Shown here one piece after another: positions 25,133 through 35,111 of a stretch of 64,000 nucleotides of DNA. Under the pieces are notes generated by a model. It was not told the origin of the DNA. It searched no databases and saw only the letters and a list, made by a program, of their open reading frames with translations. Numbering within the stretch: position 1 is the stretch's first letter; each line of letters begins with the position of its first letter. The translations under genes and the position numbers were made by a program. The DNA is taken from NCBI GenBank assembly GCA_964455705.1, contig CAYVYM010000009.1, positions 20,846 through 84,845 of the forward strand. The letters are read 5' to 3'. Source of the stretch: an uncultured Rikenella sp. (GTDB taxonomy: Bacteria; Bacteroidota; Bacteroidia; Bacteroidales; VadinHA17).

Positions 25133-27961
25133 CTACTGTTCCAGCACGGGAGCAAGAAACCTCCCGGTATAATTATCTTTTACCCTTGCTATCTCTTCAG
25201 GTGTACCGGAGAACATAATTTCACCTCCTCCGCGTCCTCCCTCCCTGCCAAGGTCAACTATGTAATCGGCCATCTTTATGACATCCATATTATGCTCTAT
25301 CACCATGATTGTATTGCCTCTCTCAACCAGGCGGTCAAGCACCTCAAGGAGCACCTTCACGTCATCAAAATGAAGTCCCGTTGTCGGTTCATCAAGGATA
25401 TAGAGTGTACGGCCTGTATCGCGTCTTGCGAGCTCGGTGGCCAGCTTGACACGCTGCGACTCACCCCCGGAAAGTGTCGTCGAGGGCTGTCCGAGTCTGA
25501 CATAGCCCAGGCCCACATCCTGCAATGTCTTAATCTTTTGATAAATCGAAGGGATACCTTTGAAGAACTCCACAGCATCGTCAATTGTCATTTCAAGGAC
25601 ATCATTTATTGACCTGCCCTTGTATTTCACCTCCAGTGTCTCCCTGTTATAGCGTTTCCCACCGCAGTCGGGGCACATCACATAGACATCCGGCAGGAAA
25701 TTCATCTCGATTGTCTTTACTCCCGCACCTTCGCAGCCCTCGCACCTTCCGCCCTTGATATTAAATGAAAATCGTCCCGCGCCAAAGCCTCTGACTTTTG
25801 CGTCGGGAGTTATCGCGAACAGGTTGCGTATGTCCGTAAAGACACCCGTATAGGTTGCAGGGTTTGAGCGCGGGGTGCGACCAATGGGAGCCTGGTCGAC
25901 CTCAATCACCTTATCGATACTCTCCAGTCCGTCAATTGTATCATATGGCAGCGGAGTCCTTCCGGCACCGTTCAGTTTCTTTGCCAGCGCCGGGTGCAGG
26001 GTCTGGTTGATAAGCGACGATTTGCCGCTGCCCGAGACGCCGGTGATGCAGATAAAGGTTCCGAGAGGTACCTTCATCGTAACACCCCTGAGGTTGTTGC
26101 CTGTTGCACCGGTGATTGTAAGGTGTCTGCCGTTGCCCTTCCTTCGCTGTTTCGGTACTTCAATCCGTTTAGTCCCGTTGAGATACTCAGCCGTCAGGGT
26201 GCCGGCCTTAAGGATTTCTTCCGGAGTACCCTCGGCAACGATCATCCCCCCATGAACACCGGCGCCCGGACCGATGTCAATGATATGATCGGCGCTGAGG
26301 ATCATGTCACGGTCATGTTCTACAACAATCACCGAGTTGCCCGCATCACGAAGGTTCCTCAGGGCCTCAATGAGTCTCCTGTTATCACGCTGATGGAGGC
26401 CTATACTGGGTTCGTCAAGGATGTAAAGCACATTGACCAGCTTTGATCCTATCTGCGTGGCCAGCCTTATGCGCTGGCTCTCTCCTCCCGACAGGGTCCT
26501 TGCCCCACGGTTCAATGAGAGGTAATCAAGGCCGACGTCAAGCAGAAAACCAAGTCGTGACTTAATCTCCTTGAGTATCTCCGAAGCGATCTTCCTCTGT
26601 CTCTCTGACATGGCACCGGTGACACCATCGAGGCAGATCTTCAGCTCTGTAAGGTCCATCGCTGACAGCTCCCCGATGTTCTTCCCCCCTATGCGGAACC
26701 ACAACGCCTCCCTGTTCAGCCTGGTGCCACCACATTCGGGGCAGACATGATACTGGACATACTGTTCACGGCCTTTGGCGCTGGTCTTTCGGGCGCCGAC
26801 AGCCTCCTGGTTACCAACGTAGTTGACAACCCCCTCAAAGGTCATGAAGTAATTGGATGTGACTCCCAGAGGTGTGTTTGACAGTTTCAAAACCTCATCA
26901 GAGCCAAAGAAAATCTTATTCAATACATCTTCCGGGATGTCCTTCACGGGGGTATCGACGGTGAAGCCATACTTCTCACCAAGGGCTTCAATCATCCAGA
27001 AGATCCAGATATTACGGTACTTACCCAGCGGCTCTATCCCTCCCCTGCGTATGCTGAGCTCAGGATCAGGCATCATCCTTGTGATGTCAACCTCAGATAT
27101 CTCCCCCAGTCCGTTGCATTTGGGGCATGCCCCCTGCGGCGAGTTGAAGGAAAAGGTAAAAGGTGCAGGCTCATTGTAGGAGATACCCGTCACCGGGCAC
27201 ATCAGGTGACGACTGTAATACCTGAAACTATTGTCCTCGGCATTGAGAACCATCATTATGCCGTCGCCCTGATCAAGAGCAAGGAGCAGAGCGTCATGAA
27301 GCCTCTTTTCAGTTACATGCCCGGTCTGAAATTTATCGATAACCAGTTCAATGAAATGCGACTTGTACCTGTCGAGTTTCAGTCCCGGCGTGATCTCCCT
27401 GATCTCACCGTCAATGCGGGCATGAAGAAAACCCTTGCGCCTCAGCTGCTCAAAGAGCTCTTTGTAATGCCCTTTTCTGCCTTTGATAAGCGGTGAAAGT
27501 ATATAGATCTTCCTCTGGTCATAGCGCGAGGCCACCAGCTCAAGTATCTGTTCATCAGTGTATTTCACCATCTTTTCCCCTGACTCATACGAGTAAGCAT
27601 CAGAAGCGCGTGCATATAGAAGCCTCAGAAAGTCATAGATTTCAGTGATGGTCCCGACAGTTGAACGGGGATTCTTGTTGGTTGTTTTCTGCTCAATTGA
27701 GATTACAGGGCTGAGACCGGTAATGCGGTCTACATCAGGTCGTTCCATGCCTCCCAGAAACTGACGGGCATATGCTGAGAGAGTCTCCATGTATCGTCTC
27801 TGACCCTCGGCATAGATGGTGTCAAATGCCAGTGACGACTTCCCGCTGCCGCTGAGTCCGGTGACAACCACCAGCTGATTGCGCGGCACAGTGAGGCTTA
27901 TGTTTCGCAGATTGTGAACCCTAGCCCCGTATATCTTTATCTCATCCCTCTGTTCCGGCAT
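25133..27961 (-). CDS. uvrA: Excinuclease ABC subunit A
   Basis: 942 aa. Two ABC ATPase modules (GLSGSGKSS, GVSGSGKSS, LSGGESQR x2) and zinc-finger Cys clusters. N-terminus ..IKIYGARVHNLRNISL.. Confidence 0.95.
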   Translation of the reverse strand: MPEQRDEIKIYGARVHNLRNISLTVPRNQLVVVTGLSGSGKSSLAFDTIYAEGQRRYMETLSAYARQFLGGMERPDVDRITGLSPVISIEQKTTNKNPRSTVGTITEIYDFLRLLYARASDAYSYESGEKMVKYTDEQILELVASRYDQRKIYILSPLIKGRKGHYKELFEQLRRKGFLHARIDGEIREITPGLKLDRYKSHFIELVIDKFQTGHVTEKRLHDALLLALDQGDGIMMVLNAEDNSFRYYSRHLMCPVTGISYNEPAPFTFSFNSPQGACPKCNGLGEISEVDITRMMPDPELSIRRGGIEPLGKYRNIWIFWMIEALGEKYGFTVDTPVKDIPEDVLNKIFFGSDEVLKLSNTPLGVTSNYFMTFEGVVNYVGNQEAVGARKTSAKGREQYVQYHVCPECGGTRLNREALWFRIGGKNIGELSAMDLTELKICLDGVTGAMSERQRKIASEILKEIKSRLGFLLDVGLDYLSLNRGARTLSGGESQRIRLATQIGSKLVNVLYILDEPSIGLHQRDNRRLIEALRNLRDAGNSVIVVEHDRDMILSADHIIDIGPGAGVHGGMIVAEGTPEEILKAGTLTAEYLNGTKRIEVPKQRRKGNGRHLTITGATGNNLRGVTMKVPLGTFICITGVSGSGKSSLINQTLHPALAKKLNGAGRTPLPYDTIDGLESIDKVIEVDQAPIGRTPRSNPATYTGVFTDIRNLFAITPDAKVRGFGAGRFSFNIKGGRCEGCEGAGVKTIEMNFLPDVYVMCPDCGGKRYNRETLEVKYKGRSINDVLEMTIDDAVEFFKGIPSIYQKIKTLQDVGLGYVRLGQPSTTLSGGESQRVKLATELARRDTGRTLYILDEPTTGLHFDDVKVLLEVLDRLVERGNTIMVIEHNMDVIKMADYIVDLGREGGRGGGEIMFSGTPEEIARVKDNYTGRFLAPVLEQ

Positions 27962-27970
27962 AAAAGGATG

Positions 27971-28909
27971 CTATAAACCAACTGCCATCCTTGCATCTTT
28001 CTCAGGAATCCTTATGATATACTCCTTACCGTCACTGTTAGTGAGGAATGGTTTGCGAAGCCAGGGGTTCAGAAATTTCAATATCTTGTAGTTGGTCTCA
28101 TACTGCCGTGCAAACTGTTCAAAACTCGGTATGGGGGTATTGACTGTTACCTCACTGTATGGGATGGGCTGGTAAAGATCTCTCTCACTGACATCGAAAC
28201 CGTATGCAGAGGGCACAGACATAATCAGTTTCAGAGCCGTAATACGGAAGATATATCTTGCCGTCTCTTCATTCAGGAGAAGGTCATAGTAGTTTGTTTC
28301 CTTCTGTATCTGAACCTGTTCGCTGAGGCCGCTGAAGCCATTATTGTATGAAGCTGCGGCCATAGTCCAGCTTCCGTATCTCTCATAAGCCCTTTTAAAG
28401 TACCTGCAGGCAAAGAGGGTGGATTTCTCCAGGTTGTAGCGGTCATCTACCTCTTTGTTGATGGTCATGCCGTACTCCCTGCCAGTGCCTTCCATTATCT
28501 GCCAGATCCCGGTGGCGCCGGCCGGTGATATGGCATTACTAAGGTCACTCTCGGCGCATGCGAGATATTTAAAATCGTCAGGTATGCCGTTCTCCCTCAG
28601 TATCTTTTCAATCTCAGGGAAGTATCTCCCCGCTCTCTTCATTGTAAGGAGGGTAGAGCCATGCCGGTAGGCGGTTGCATTCAGCTCCCTGTCAAGGCTC
28701 TCGCGTGTGTCAAAATTCTGCATGGGCAGTGGTTCACCTGCGAAGACTACATTCTCAGGCAGGGCCCATGAGGCTGCAACTGGCATAAATTCCTCATTGT
28801 CAATGGAAATAGGTTGCTGGTTATCGGCTGATACAAGCAGTGTAAATATAAAACCGGCGCTGAGCAGCAGCATTATTCCAAGTGTGGCCTTCCCTATGAT
28901 TATTTTCAT
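27971..28909 (-). CDS. Lytic transglycosylase (SLT domain) protein, membrane-anchored
   Basis: N-terminal TM/signal. SLT catalytic region ..LACAESDLSNAISPAGATGIWQIM.. with the catalytic Glu in the ES motif. Confidence 0.75.
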   Translation of the reverse strand: MKIIIGKATLGIMLLLSAGFIFTLLVSADNQQPISIDNEEFMPVAASWALPENVVFAGEPLPMQNFDTRESLDRELNATAYRHGSTLLTMKRAGRYFPEIEKILRENGIPDDFKYLACAESDLSNAISPAGATGIWQIMEGTGREYGMTINKEVDDRYNLEKSTLFACRYFKRAYERYGSWTMAAASYNNGFSGLSEQVQIQKETNYYDLLLNEETARYIFRITALKLIMSVPSAYGFDVSERDLYQPIPYSEVTVNTPIPSFEQFARQYETNYKILKFLNPWLRKPFLTNSDGKEYIIRIPEKDARMAVGL

Positions 28910-28992
28910 CTTCTGACAGTTTCTTTAGAAACCGCAAAAGTAGTGATTTTATTGCGTTCCGGGAATTAAAAGAAAGAGCAGATGGAGAGTGG

Positions 28993-30297
28993 TCAGAATT
29001 TGAAGAAGAAGCCCGACCAGACACCAACCGAGTAGGGTTTGTAGAAAGCCCCGTAAATGTCGCTTATCGGTGTCACGTAGTATTTGAAGACAGGCTCAAG
29101 GTTGAAGGAGATCTTTGACGAGATGCTATACTCCATCCCCAGTCCCAACTGGCTGCTCAGGTTGTGAACATTGATTCCTTCGGTATGACCTACCTGGACC
29201 ATGTCTGACCCTGTCCCGGTGTAAGCCATGTTATCTACCAGCAGTCCGTATGCAAATCCACCCGAGAGGTTCAGTCCCAGCCTGCTGTCGATAACCTTGT
29301 AACGCAGCATCAGAGGCAGCTCAAGGTAGCGGAATATCTGCTGGATATCATCGCCAACCTGTGTCAGATGGTACTTTGAGGGGTCGGCCCCCTGGACGCG
29401 TGTTCCTACCCTCTCCTGGTTGTCAGACAGGTAAAGGTCAGTATTGCCTGCAAGGATAAGCCCGGAGGCTGTCTCAACACTGTAGAGATAACTGCTCTTG
29501 ACAGCATAGAAATCAGAAAGCCCGGCGAACACGTCCACGCCGGTAATTGTCTGCCCTATTGAAGAGAGTCCTATACCAGACTGAATTGTCAGGCGGTCTG
29601 AGATCTTGTACCCGAATGTCAGTCCTGTTGCAAATGCAGGTCTTGATTTTTCACCGTTCATCAGCTCTGAGAGCCTCATATCCTCTGCTCCCGGTGAGAA
29701 TCCCATGGTGGGTGACATGGAGGCGCCCACAAGAAAGCGCTGGGAAACTGCATCCGGATTGGCGGGTGTAAGTGTCAGTGTCTGAACCTCATCCCCACCG
29801 GTCAGCCTGCCTGAGGCTATCACCGTAATTTCATCCCCTGAAACGGGCATTGATCTGTCATCATTCCCATTTGCCAGATTCATGTCAGCATCAGCAAGGA
29901 GTCTCATCGGTTCTTCCGTCGGCACAAAAAGCGTCTTCTCGTTTACACGGTCATTTACAGACGATGGTATGGTTACTGAAGCAGGAGGAATGTCGGCATT
30001 AACTGCGACCGGGGTTAAAGCCGTCCCTTCGATCCTGACTGCCTGTTGCTCACCGCTGGCAAGGGTGAGTTCTGCAAGCTGGTTTCCGGTGTTATTACTG
30101 CGCAGGTACCAGCCGGCCAGAAGGGTAAGGGAAACAAGTGCGGCTATACCGGCAGCTATACCCGTTACGACACGGAAGCGCGACTGCCTGACATGCACAG
30201 GCGGTATATTTTCCCACACATCAGCCGGTGGCAGGACTTCCATGTTTTTCAGTCCGTTCCGGAATACAATGTCAATATTTGGTTCCCTTTCAAACAT
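28993..30297 (-). CDS. Putative anti-sigma-like membrane protein with C-terminal outer-membrane beta-barrel-type domain
   Basis: 8-nt overlap with the upstream ECF sigma gene. Short cytoplasmic N-terminus plus one TM (VVTGIAAGIAALVSLTLLAGWYL). The C-terminal ~220 aa have an alternating beta-strand pattern ending ..VWSGFFFKF. Confidence 0.5.
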   Translation of the reverse strand: MFEREPNIDIVFRNGLKNMEVLPPADVWENIPPVHVRQSRFRVVTGIAAGIAALVSLTLLAGWYLRSNNTGNQLAELTLASGEQQAVRIEGTALTPVAVNADIPPASVTIPSSVNDRVNEKTLFVPTEEPMRLLADADMNLANGNDDRSMPVSGDEITVIASGRLTGGDEVQTLTLTPANPDAVSQRFLVGASMSPTMGFSPGAEDMRLSELMNGEKSRPAFATGLTFGYKISDRLTIQSGIGLSSIGQTITGVDVFAGLSDFYAVKSSYLYSVETASGLILAGNTDLYLSDNQERVGTRVQGADPSKYHLTQVGDDIQQIFRYLELPLMLRYKVIDSRLGLNLSGGFAYGLLVDNMAYTGTGSDMVQVGHTEGINVHNLSSQLGLGMEYSISSKISFNLEPVFKYYVTPISDIYGAFYKPYSVGVWSGFFFKF

Positions 30298-30850
30298 TTA
30301 CCAATCTTCTTGTGACACCCGTAAGTATCATCACCTTCTTCTGAAGTATGTCCCTTGCCCTTGAGAGATTCGATTTGCTTGTTCCTTCAGAGATTCCGAG
30401 CATTTCACTGATCTCCTTATGGGCATATCCTTCAATGGCGTACAGGTTAAAGACCATTCTGTATTTGGGAGGCAGCTCCATAATCATATTTAGGAGATCG
30501 TAAGCTTCAAGTCCGGCAAAATCATCGGTGTCGGGGTCGGCTTCCGGTTCGGTTACCTCGTCAATGTCGTCGACGCGGCTCAGGTAATACCTGCTGCGGT
30601 ATCTCTCAAGAGCAGTGTTGACGATGATCCTCCTCATCCATCCTTCAAAAGAACCTTCATGGCTGAAGCGCGACAGGTTTTCAAAAATCTTGATAAAACC
30701 CTCCTGCAGGACATCCCTTGCCTCTTCCGTATTACCTGCGTACTGAAGGCAAACGGCATAGAGTTTAGGGGCGTACCTGCGATAGAGCAGTTCCTGGTCG
30801 CGCCTGCTGCCTGACAAGCAGCCGTTAATTATGTCTTTCTCCTTATGCAA
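30290..30850 (-). CDS. ECF-type RNA polymerase sigma-70 factor
   Basis: Region 2 (..YAPKLYAVCLQYAGNTEEARDVLQEGFIKIF..) and region 4 HTH (..HKEISEMLGISEGTSKSNLSRARDILQKK). Confidence 0.85.
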   Translation of the reverse strand: MHKEKDIINGCLSGSRRDQELLYRRYAPKLYAVCLQYAGNTEEARDVLQEGFIKIFENLSRFSHEGSFEGWMRRIIVNTALERYRSRYYLSRVDDIDEVTEPEADPDTDDFAGLEAYDLLNMIMELPPKYRMVFNLYAIEGYAHKEISEMLGISEGTSKSNLSRARDILQKKVMILTGVTRRLVNV

Positions 30851-30960
30851 ACCCGGCTTTTAGACGAGTTATAAAGATAAGAAATAAAACCTGAGCTTGT
30901 CAATAGATTGATGCTAAAAAAGGGGTAAAGGTTGCGTTAATGCAATTCTTCCTCAGACAA

Positions 30961-32355
30961 TCAGCCGTGTATGGCCTCACCAAGTGCATCTGCTGCTGCC
31001 TCCATGATACCCTCTGACATGGTCGGGTGAGGATGTATGCTGAGCATAAGATCATGGGCAGTGGCCCCCATCTTTCTTGCCACAACAACTGAAGAGATCA
31101 TCTCAGTGACATTCATTCCTATCAGGTGACCGCCGATCAGCTTGTTGTCAGAGGCGTTAAACACCAGCTTCACGAATCCTTCGCGGGCACCAGCCGCGGA
31201 GGCCTTTCCTGACGCCATGAACATGAACTTGCCGGTTTTAGTTTCGATGCCGGCTGCCTTTGCGGCCTCCACGGTCATACCGCAAGACGCCACCTCGGGA
31301 GTGGTGTAGGTGCATCCGGGGATGTTCGTGTAATCAACCGGTTCAGGATCTTTGCCGGCTATCTTTTCAACGCAGACAATTGCCTCGGCTGATGCAACAT
31401 GAGCCAGTGCCGGTCCGGGGACAATGTCTCCAATGGCATAGACACCAGTGACAGAGGTCCTGTAGTACTCGTCAACGACTATCTTTCCCCTGTCGGTTTT
31501 AACACTGCACTCCTCCAGACCTATACCCTCTATATTTGGAGTGATACCCACGGCTGAAAGGACCACATCGGCCTCCGTCATCACCTCCCCTTTCGGAGTC
31601 TTTATTGTGACAATGCATTTCTCACCCGAGGTATCAACTTTTTCAACTGACGAATCAGTCATGATCTTCATCTTCGCCTTCTTAAACGAGCGTTCCAGTG
31701 TGCGTGACACCTCCTCATCCTCCAGCGGCAGTATCCGCGGCAGGAACTCCACAAGGGTCACCTCTGTGCCCATTGACCTGTAAAACCCGGCGAACTCGCT
31801 GCCTATCGCTCCCGAGCCCACCACCACCATTGATGAGGGCAGGTTAGAGAGGCTCATTGCCTCGCGGTAGCCGATTATCTTTTTCCCGTCCTGCTTGAGG
31901 TTTGGCAGCTCACGCGATCGTGCGCCGGTAGCGATAATTATGCTCCCGGCATTGTATAATTCCTTCGTACCATCAACGGCTTCCACCTCAACTGTGCCAG
32001 CACTTTTCATCCTCCCGAAACCGTTAATGACCCTGATGTTATGTTTTTTGAAGAGAAACTGCACACCTTTGCTCATGGCGTCGGCTACAGCCCTGCTGCG
32101 TGCAATGACAGCGCCGAAATCAGGTGCCGGCGCCTCCCCTGCATTGATGCCGTAATCAGTTGCGTGGCGGGCATAATCAAGAACCTGGGCACTCTTCAGA
32201 AGGGCCTTTGTGGGTATGCATCCCCAGTTAAGGCATATGCCGCCGGTCTCGGCCTTTTCTATCACAGCCACCTTCTTACCGAGCTGTGATGCCCTGACGG
32301 CAGCCACATAACCTCCCGGGCCGCTTCCTATTATCAGAATATCAAATTCATTCAT
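30961..32355 (-). CDS. lpdA: Dihydrolipoyl dehydrogenase
   Basis: FAD motif GSGPGGYVAA. Redox-active disulfide GGICLNWGCIPTK. C-terminal dimerisation region with HPHPTMSE. Confidence 0.9.
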   Translation of the reverse strand: MNEFDILIIGSGPGGYVAAVRASQLGKKVAVIEKAETGGICLNWGCIPTKALLKSAQVLDYARHATDYGINAGEAPAPDFGAVIARSRAVADAMSKGVQFLFKKHNIRVINGFGRMKSAGTVEVEAVDGTKELYNAGSIIIATGARSRELPNLKQDGKKIIGYREAMSLSNLPSSMVVVGSGAIGSEFAGFYRSMGTEVTLVEFLPRILPLEDEEVSRTLERSFKKAKMKIMTDSSVEKVDTSGEKCIVTIKTPKGEVMTEADVVLSAVGITPNIEGIGLEECSVKTDRGKIVVDEYYRTSVTGVYAIGDIVPGPALAHVASAEAIVCVEKIAGKDPEPVDYTNIPGCTYTTPEVASCGMTVEAAKAAGIETKTGKFMFMASGKASAAGAREGFVKLVFNASDNKLIGGHLIGMNVTEMISSVVVARKMGATAHDLMLSIHPHPTMSEGIMEAAADALGEAIHG

Positions 32356-33191
32356 GCCTTTTTCTTTCTTAATTTTTCAATACTGCTGCTCTTCTTCAGG
32401 CTTCTTGCAGCACGAGCCACCAGCCAGAACAACACCATTACAGTCACTATTGTTGCGCCGGTTGGCAGGTTGGTGAACCATGAAACCGCGAACCCGGCAC
32501 AGATGCTGATGAAACTGACAACAGTGGATAAAATAATTATCTGTTTGTATTTCCTTGTAAACAACATGATAATGTTTGCGGGTATTGTGAGCAGGGCAAT
32601 TATCATGATTACCCCTGCCATCCTGATGTTCAGCACAATTACAAGTCCCGTCAGGCCCACTGATACATACTTGAAGAGATCGACATGCCTTGTGAAGGTA
32701 CGGGCATAATTCTCATCGAACGAGATGTAAAGCAGTGTCCGGTAAAACAAAACGGTAAAGAGTATTAATACCACCGAGATTATTCCCAGGGCTATCAGGT
32801 CGCCATTTGTTACGGTCAGGATGCTTCCGAAGAGATAGCTCATGAGGTTGGGGGCGTATCCGGGAGTCAGGTAGATGAATATTATTCCGATGGCCATTCC
32901 CAGGGCCCAGAGGATACCTATTGCGCTGTCTTCCCGCATCCTGCCCCTGTGAGACATGAACTCCATCCCAAGAGCGGACCCCAGTCCGAATATTGCAGCA
33001 CCCACCACCGGGTTAATACCAAGGTAATGGCCCAGTCCTATCCCGCCAAAAGAGGCATGAGTGATGCCTCCGCTGAGGAAAACCAGCCTTCTTGAAACGA
33101 TGTACGTTCCTGCCAGTCCTGCCGTGATGCTGGCGAAGAGCGCACCCAGCAGTGACCTGACGACAAACGTATATTCAAAAAGATTATCCAT
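32352..33191 (-). CDS. znuB: Metal (probably zinc) ABC transporter permease
   Basis: 279-aa polytopic protein of the ZnuB/TroCD type (..LSGGITHASFGGIGLG..). Overlaps znuC by 1 nt and lpdA by 4 nt. Confidence 0.8.
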   Translation of the reverse strand: MDNLFEYTFVVRSLLGALFASITAGLAGTYIVSRRLVFLSGGITHASFGGIGLGHYLGINPVVGAAIFGLGSALGMEFMSHRGRMREDSAIGILWALGMAIGIIFIYLTPGYAPNLMSYLFGSILTVTNGDLIALGIISVVLILFTVLFYRTLLYISFDENYARTFTRHVDLFKYVSVGLTGLVIVLNIRMAGVIMIIALLTIPANIIMLFTRKYKQIIILSTVVSFISICAGFAVSWFTNLPTGATIVTVMVLFWLVARAARSLKKSSSIEKLRKKKA

Positions 33192-33937
33192 TAACTGTGT
33201 TTGTGGAGAACAATATGTGGCACATCACCGTGGGTGACGAGCTGTATGGGACAACCGTACAGCCTAAGGTCCTCATCGGTTATTTTGCTGTGCGGATGGT
33301 AGAACAGCGATCCGTTGACGCATGCGAACGACTTAACCCATGTAGAGATGGTACCAACATCATGTGACACCATCATTATTGTCATCTTGCTGTTAAGCAG
33401 CCGGAGCTTATCGTAAAAATCGGCCTCGAAAGAGGAATCAACGAATGTTGCAGGCTCATCAAGGAGGAGAAGTCGGGGTGATCCTGATACCGCCCGTGCC
33501 AGGTAGACGCGCTGAAGCTGTCCGCCGGAAAGTTCATTCAGTGCCTGTCTGGCCAGGTGGGTGAGGCCGAGATCATCCATTACCTCTCTGGCACGCTGCC
33601 TCTCCTTTCGGCCCATCCGCCCTGATGCGCCCTTAACGTGCATCAGTCCTGAGAGAACCACATCCTCAACGGTGACAGGAAAAAGCAGATCACCCTGGGC
33701 TACCTGTGGCATGTACCCTATCTGGTTAAGTCTCAGATCTCCGGGAGAATAATCGACCCTGCCTGACAGCGGCTTCAGGAGTCCGAGGATCACCTTCAGA
33801 AGAGTTGTTTTCCCACCTCCGTTCGGGCCGATGATTCCGATGAAGTCATTTTCCTCAACGGCCATGGTGATCTCCCTGAGGGCTACCTTCTCCTCGTAGC
33901 CGGCGGTGACGCTATCTATGGTGAAAAGTATGCTCAT
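33191..33937 (-). CDS. znuC: Metal (probably zinc) ABC transporter ATP-binding protein
   Basis: Walker A GPNGGGKTT, signature LSGGQLQR, Walker B LLLLDEP. Confidence 0.88.
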   Translation of the reverse strand: MSILFTIDSVTAGYEEKVALREITMAVEENDFIGIIGPNGGGKTTLLKVILGLLKPLSGRVDYSPGDLRLNQIGYMPQVAQGDLLFPVTVEDVVLSGLMHVKGASGRMGRKERQRAREVMDDLGLTHLARQALNELSGGQLQRVYLARAVSGSPRLLLLDEPATFVDSSFEADFYDKLRLLNSKMTIMMVSHDVGTISTWVKSFACVNGSLFYHPHSKITDEDLRLYGCPIQLVTHGDVPHIVLHKHS

Positions 33938-33940
33938 GTC

Positions 33941-34062
33941 AGTTTAAAGTCGAAAGTCCGTAAAGTCCGTAAAGTCAAAAGTCTGAAGGTCTCAAGGTCG
34001 CGCAGGCAGTGCAATTTTACATGCTACACTTATCTCTTTCGACTTTGGACTTTCGACTTTTG
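33941..34062. repeat. AAGTC-type repeat element with perfect 14-bp terminal inverted repeat, inserted between znuA and znuC
   Basis: AAAGTCGAAAGTCC (33945-33958) is the exact reverse complement of GGACTTTCGACTTT (34046-34059). The left part carries GTAAAGTCC tandem units like the other copies. Confidence 0.85.
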
Positions 34063-35019
34063 TCATTTGTGTTTGCCCAGTGCTTCTGCTACAGCTAAAA
34101 CAGCCTCCGGCCAGTTTCTGTTCATCGGGTTGATGACAATAAGTTCCGCACCTGTCTCCCCGGAGAGCGACTGTGCATTGCGCAAATCGTATTCTGCCTG
34201 TATGAAGATAGTCTTAATTTCCTTATCCCTGGCAAAATCAATCAGCTCTTTCATGCGTGCCGGAGAGGGGCTCTTCCCTTCATCCTCGAAGGAAACCTGC
34301 TCGAAACCATAATCGCGTCCCATATATGCCAGCGCTGGATGGTAGATCATTACCGTTTTATTGGGTGCTGTGGCCACAGCCTGGCGGACCAGCGAGTCAA
34401 TCTCCACAATCCTTTTCAACACGGCTGCAAGGTTTGCCCCGTACTTTTCATATGACCCGGGATTCAGTGCAATAAGGAAATCGGTTATATCATGGGCCAT
34501 GATCATGGCGGCTGACGGAGACATCCAATAGTGGGGATCCGGACCGCCATGTGAATGGGCATCATCCTCATGTTCATGTCCGTCTCCGGCATGGTCTGTA
34601 TCATGATCTCCGTCTCCAATATTTCCTCCCGCCGGATCCTCAGACCTTTCCACCTTCAGACCTTCAGACCCTATTAGCTGAAGATTGCGCGACAGGTCAA
34701 GTACCTTCATCTTAGGATTGACCTGTGTGAACCGGTCCATCCATGCCTCCTCAAAGCCCAGTTTGCCATTGATGATCAATGCCTCTGAGCCTGACAGTGC
34801 GTTTATCTGTGCCGGCAGCGGCTCCCATATGTGATGGTCAGCCCCGGGAGGAAGAAGTACATTTACTTTATAGTCATCACCTGCAATACCCTCAACGAAC
34901 CAGGCAATGGGAGGTATTGTAACGGTAATAATCCTTGCACCGCCACCGGCGCCTGAACGTCTGCCGCATGAAGTGATGGCAAGTGCCAGTATAACCAGCC
35001 ATATTATATTACTTCTCAT
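34063..35019 (-). CDS. znuA: Metal ABC transporter substrate-binding lipoprotein, ZnuA-like with His/Asp-rich loop
   Basis: Lipobox (LAITSCG). Cluster-9 SBP pattern. Long acidic/His loop GDGDHDTDHAGDGHEHEDDAHSHGGPDPH, typical of zinc-specific ZnuA. Confidence 0.85.
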   Translation of the reverse strand: MRSNIIWLVILALAITSCGRRSGAGGGARIITVTIPPIAWFVEGIAGDDYKVNVLLPPGADHHIWEPLPAQINALSGSEALIINGKLGFEEAWMDRFTQVNPKMKVLDLSRNLQLIGSEGLKVERSEDPAGGNIGDGDHDTDHAGDGHEHEDDAHSHGGPDPHYWMSPSAAMIMAHDITDFLIALNPGSYEKYGANLAAVLKRIVEIDSLVRQAVATAPNKTVMIYHPALAYMGRDYGFEQVSFEDEGKSPSPARMKELIDFARDKEIKTIFIQAEYDLRNAQSLSGETGAELIVINPMNRNWPEAVLAVAEALGKHK

Positions 35020-35038
35020 AACTGTCAGTTTTGTCCTG

Positions 35039-35046
35039 CAAAATTA
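35039..35046 (-). promoter_or_regulatory. Candidate -7 box (TAATTTTG on minus strand) for znuA
   Basis: The plus strand reads CAAAATTA, 20 nt upstream of the znuA ATG (35019). Confidence 0.35.
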
Positions 35047-35111
35047 ACAATATGCCAGTCGGGGACAAAAAACGGGAAAAAAATAAATCCCTCCACAGGA
35101 TTTAAACAAGC

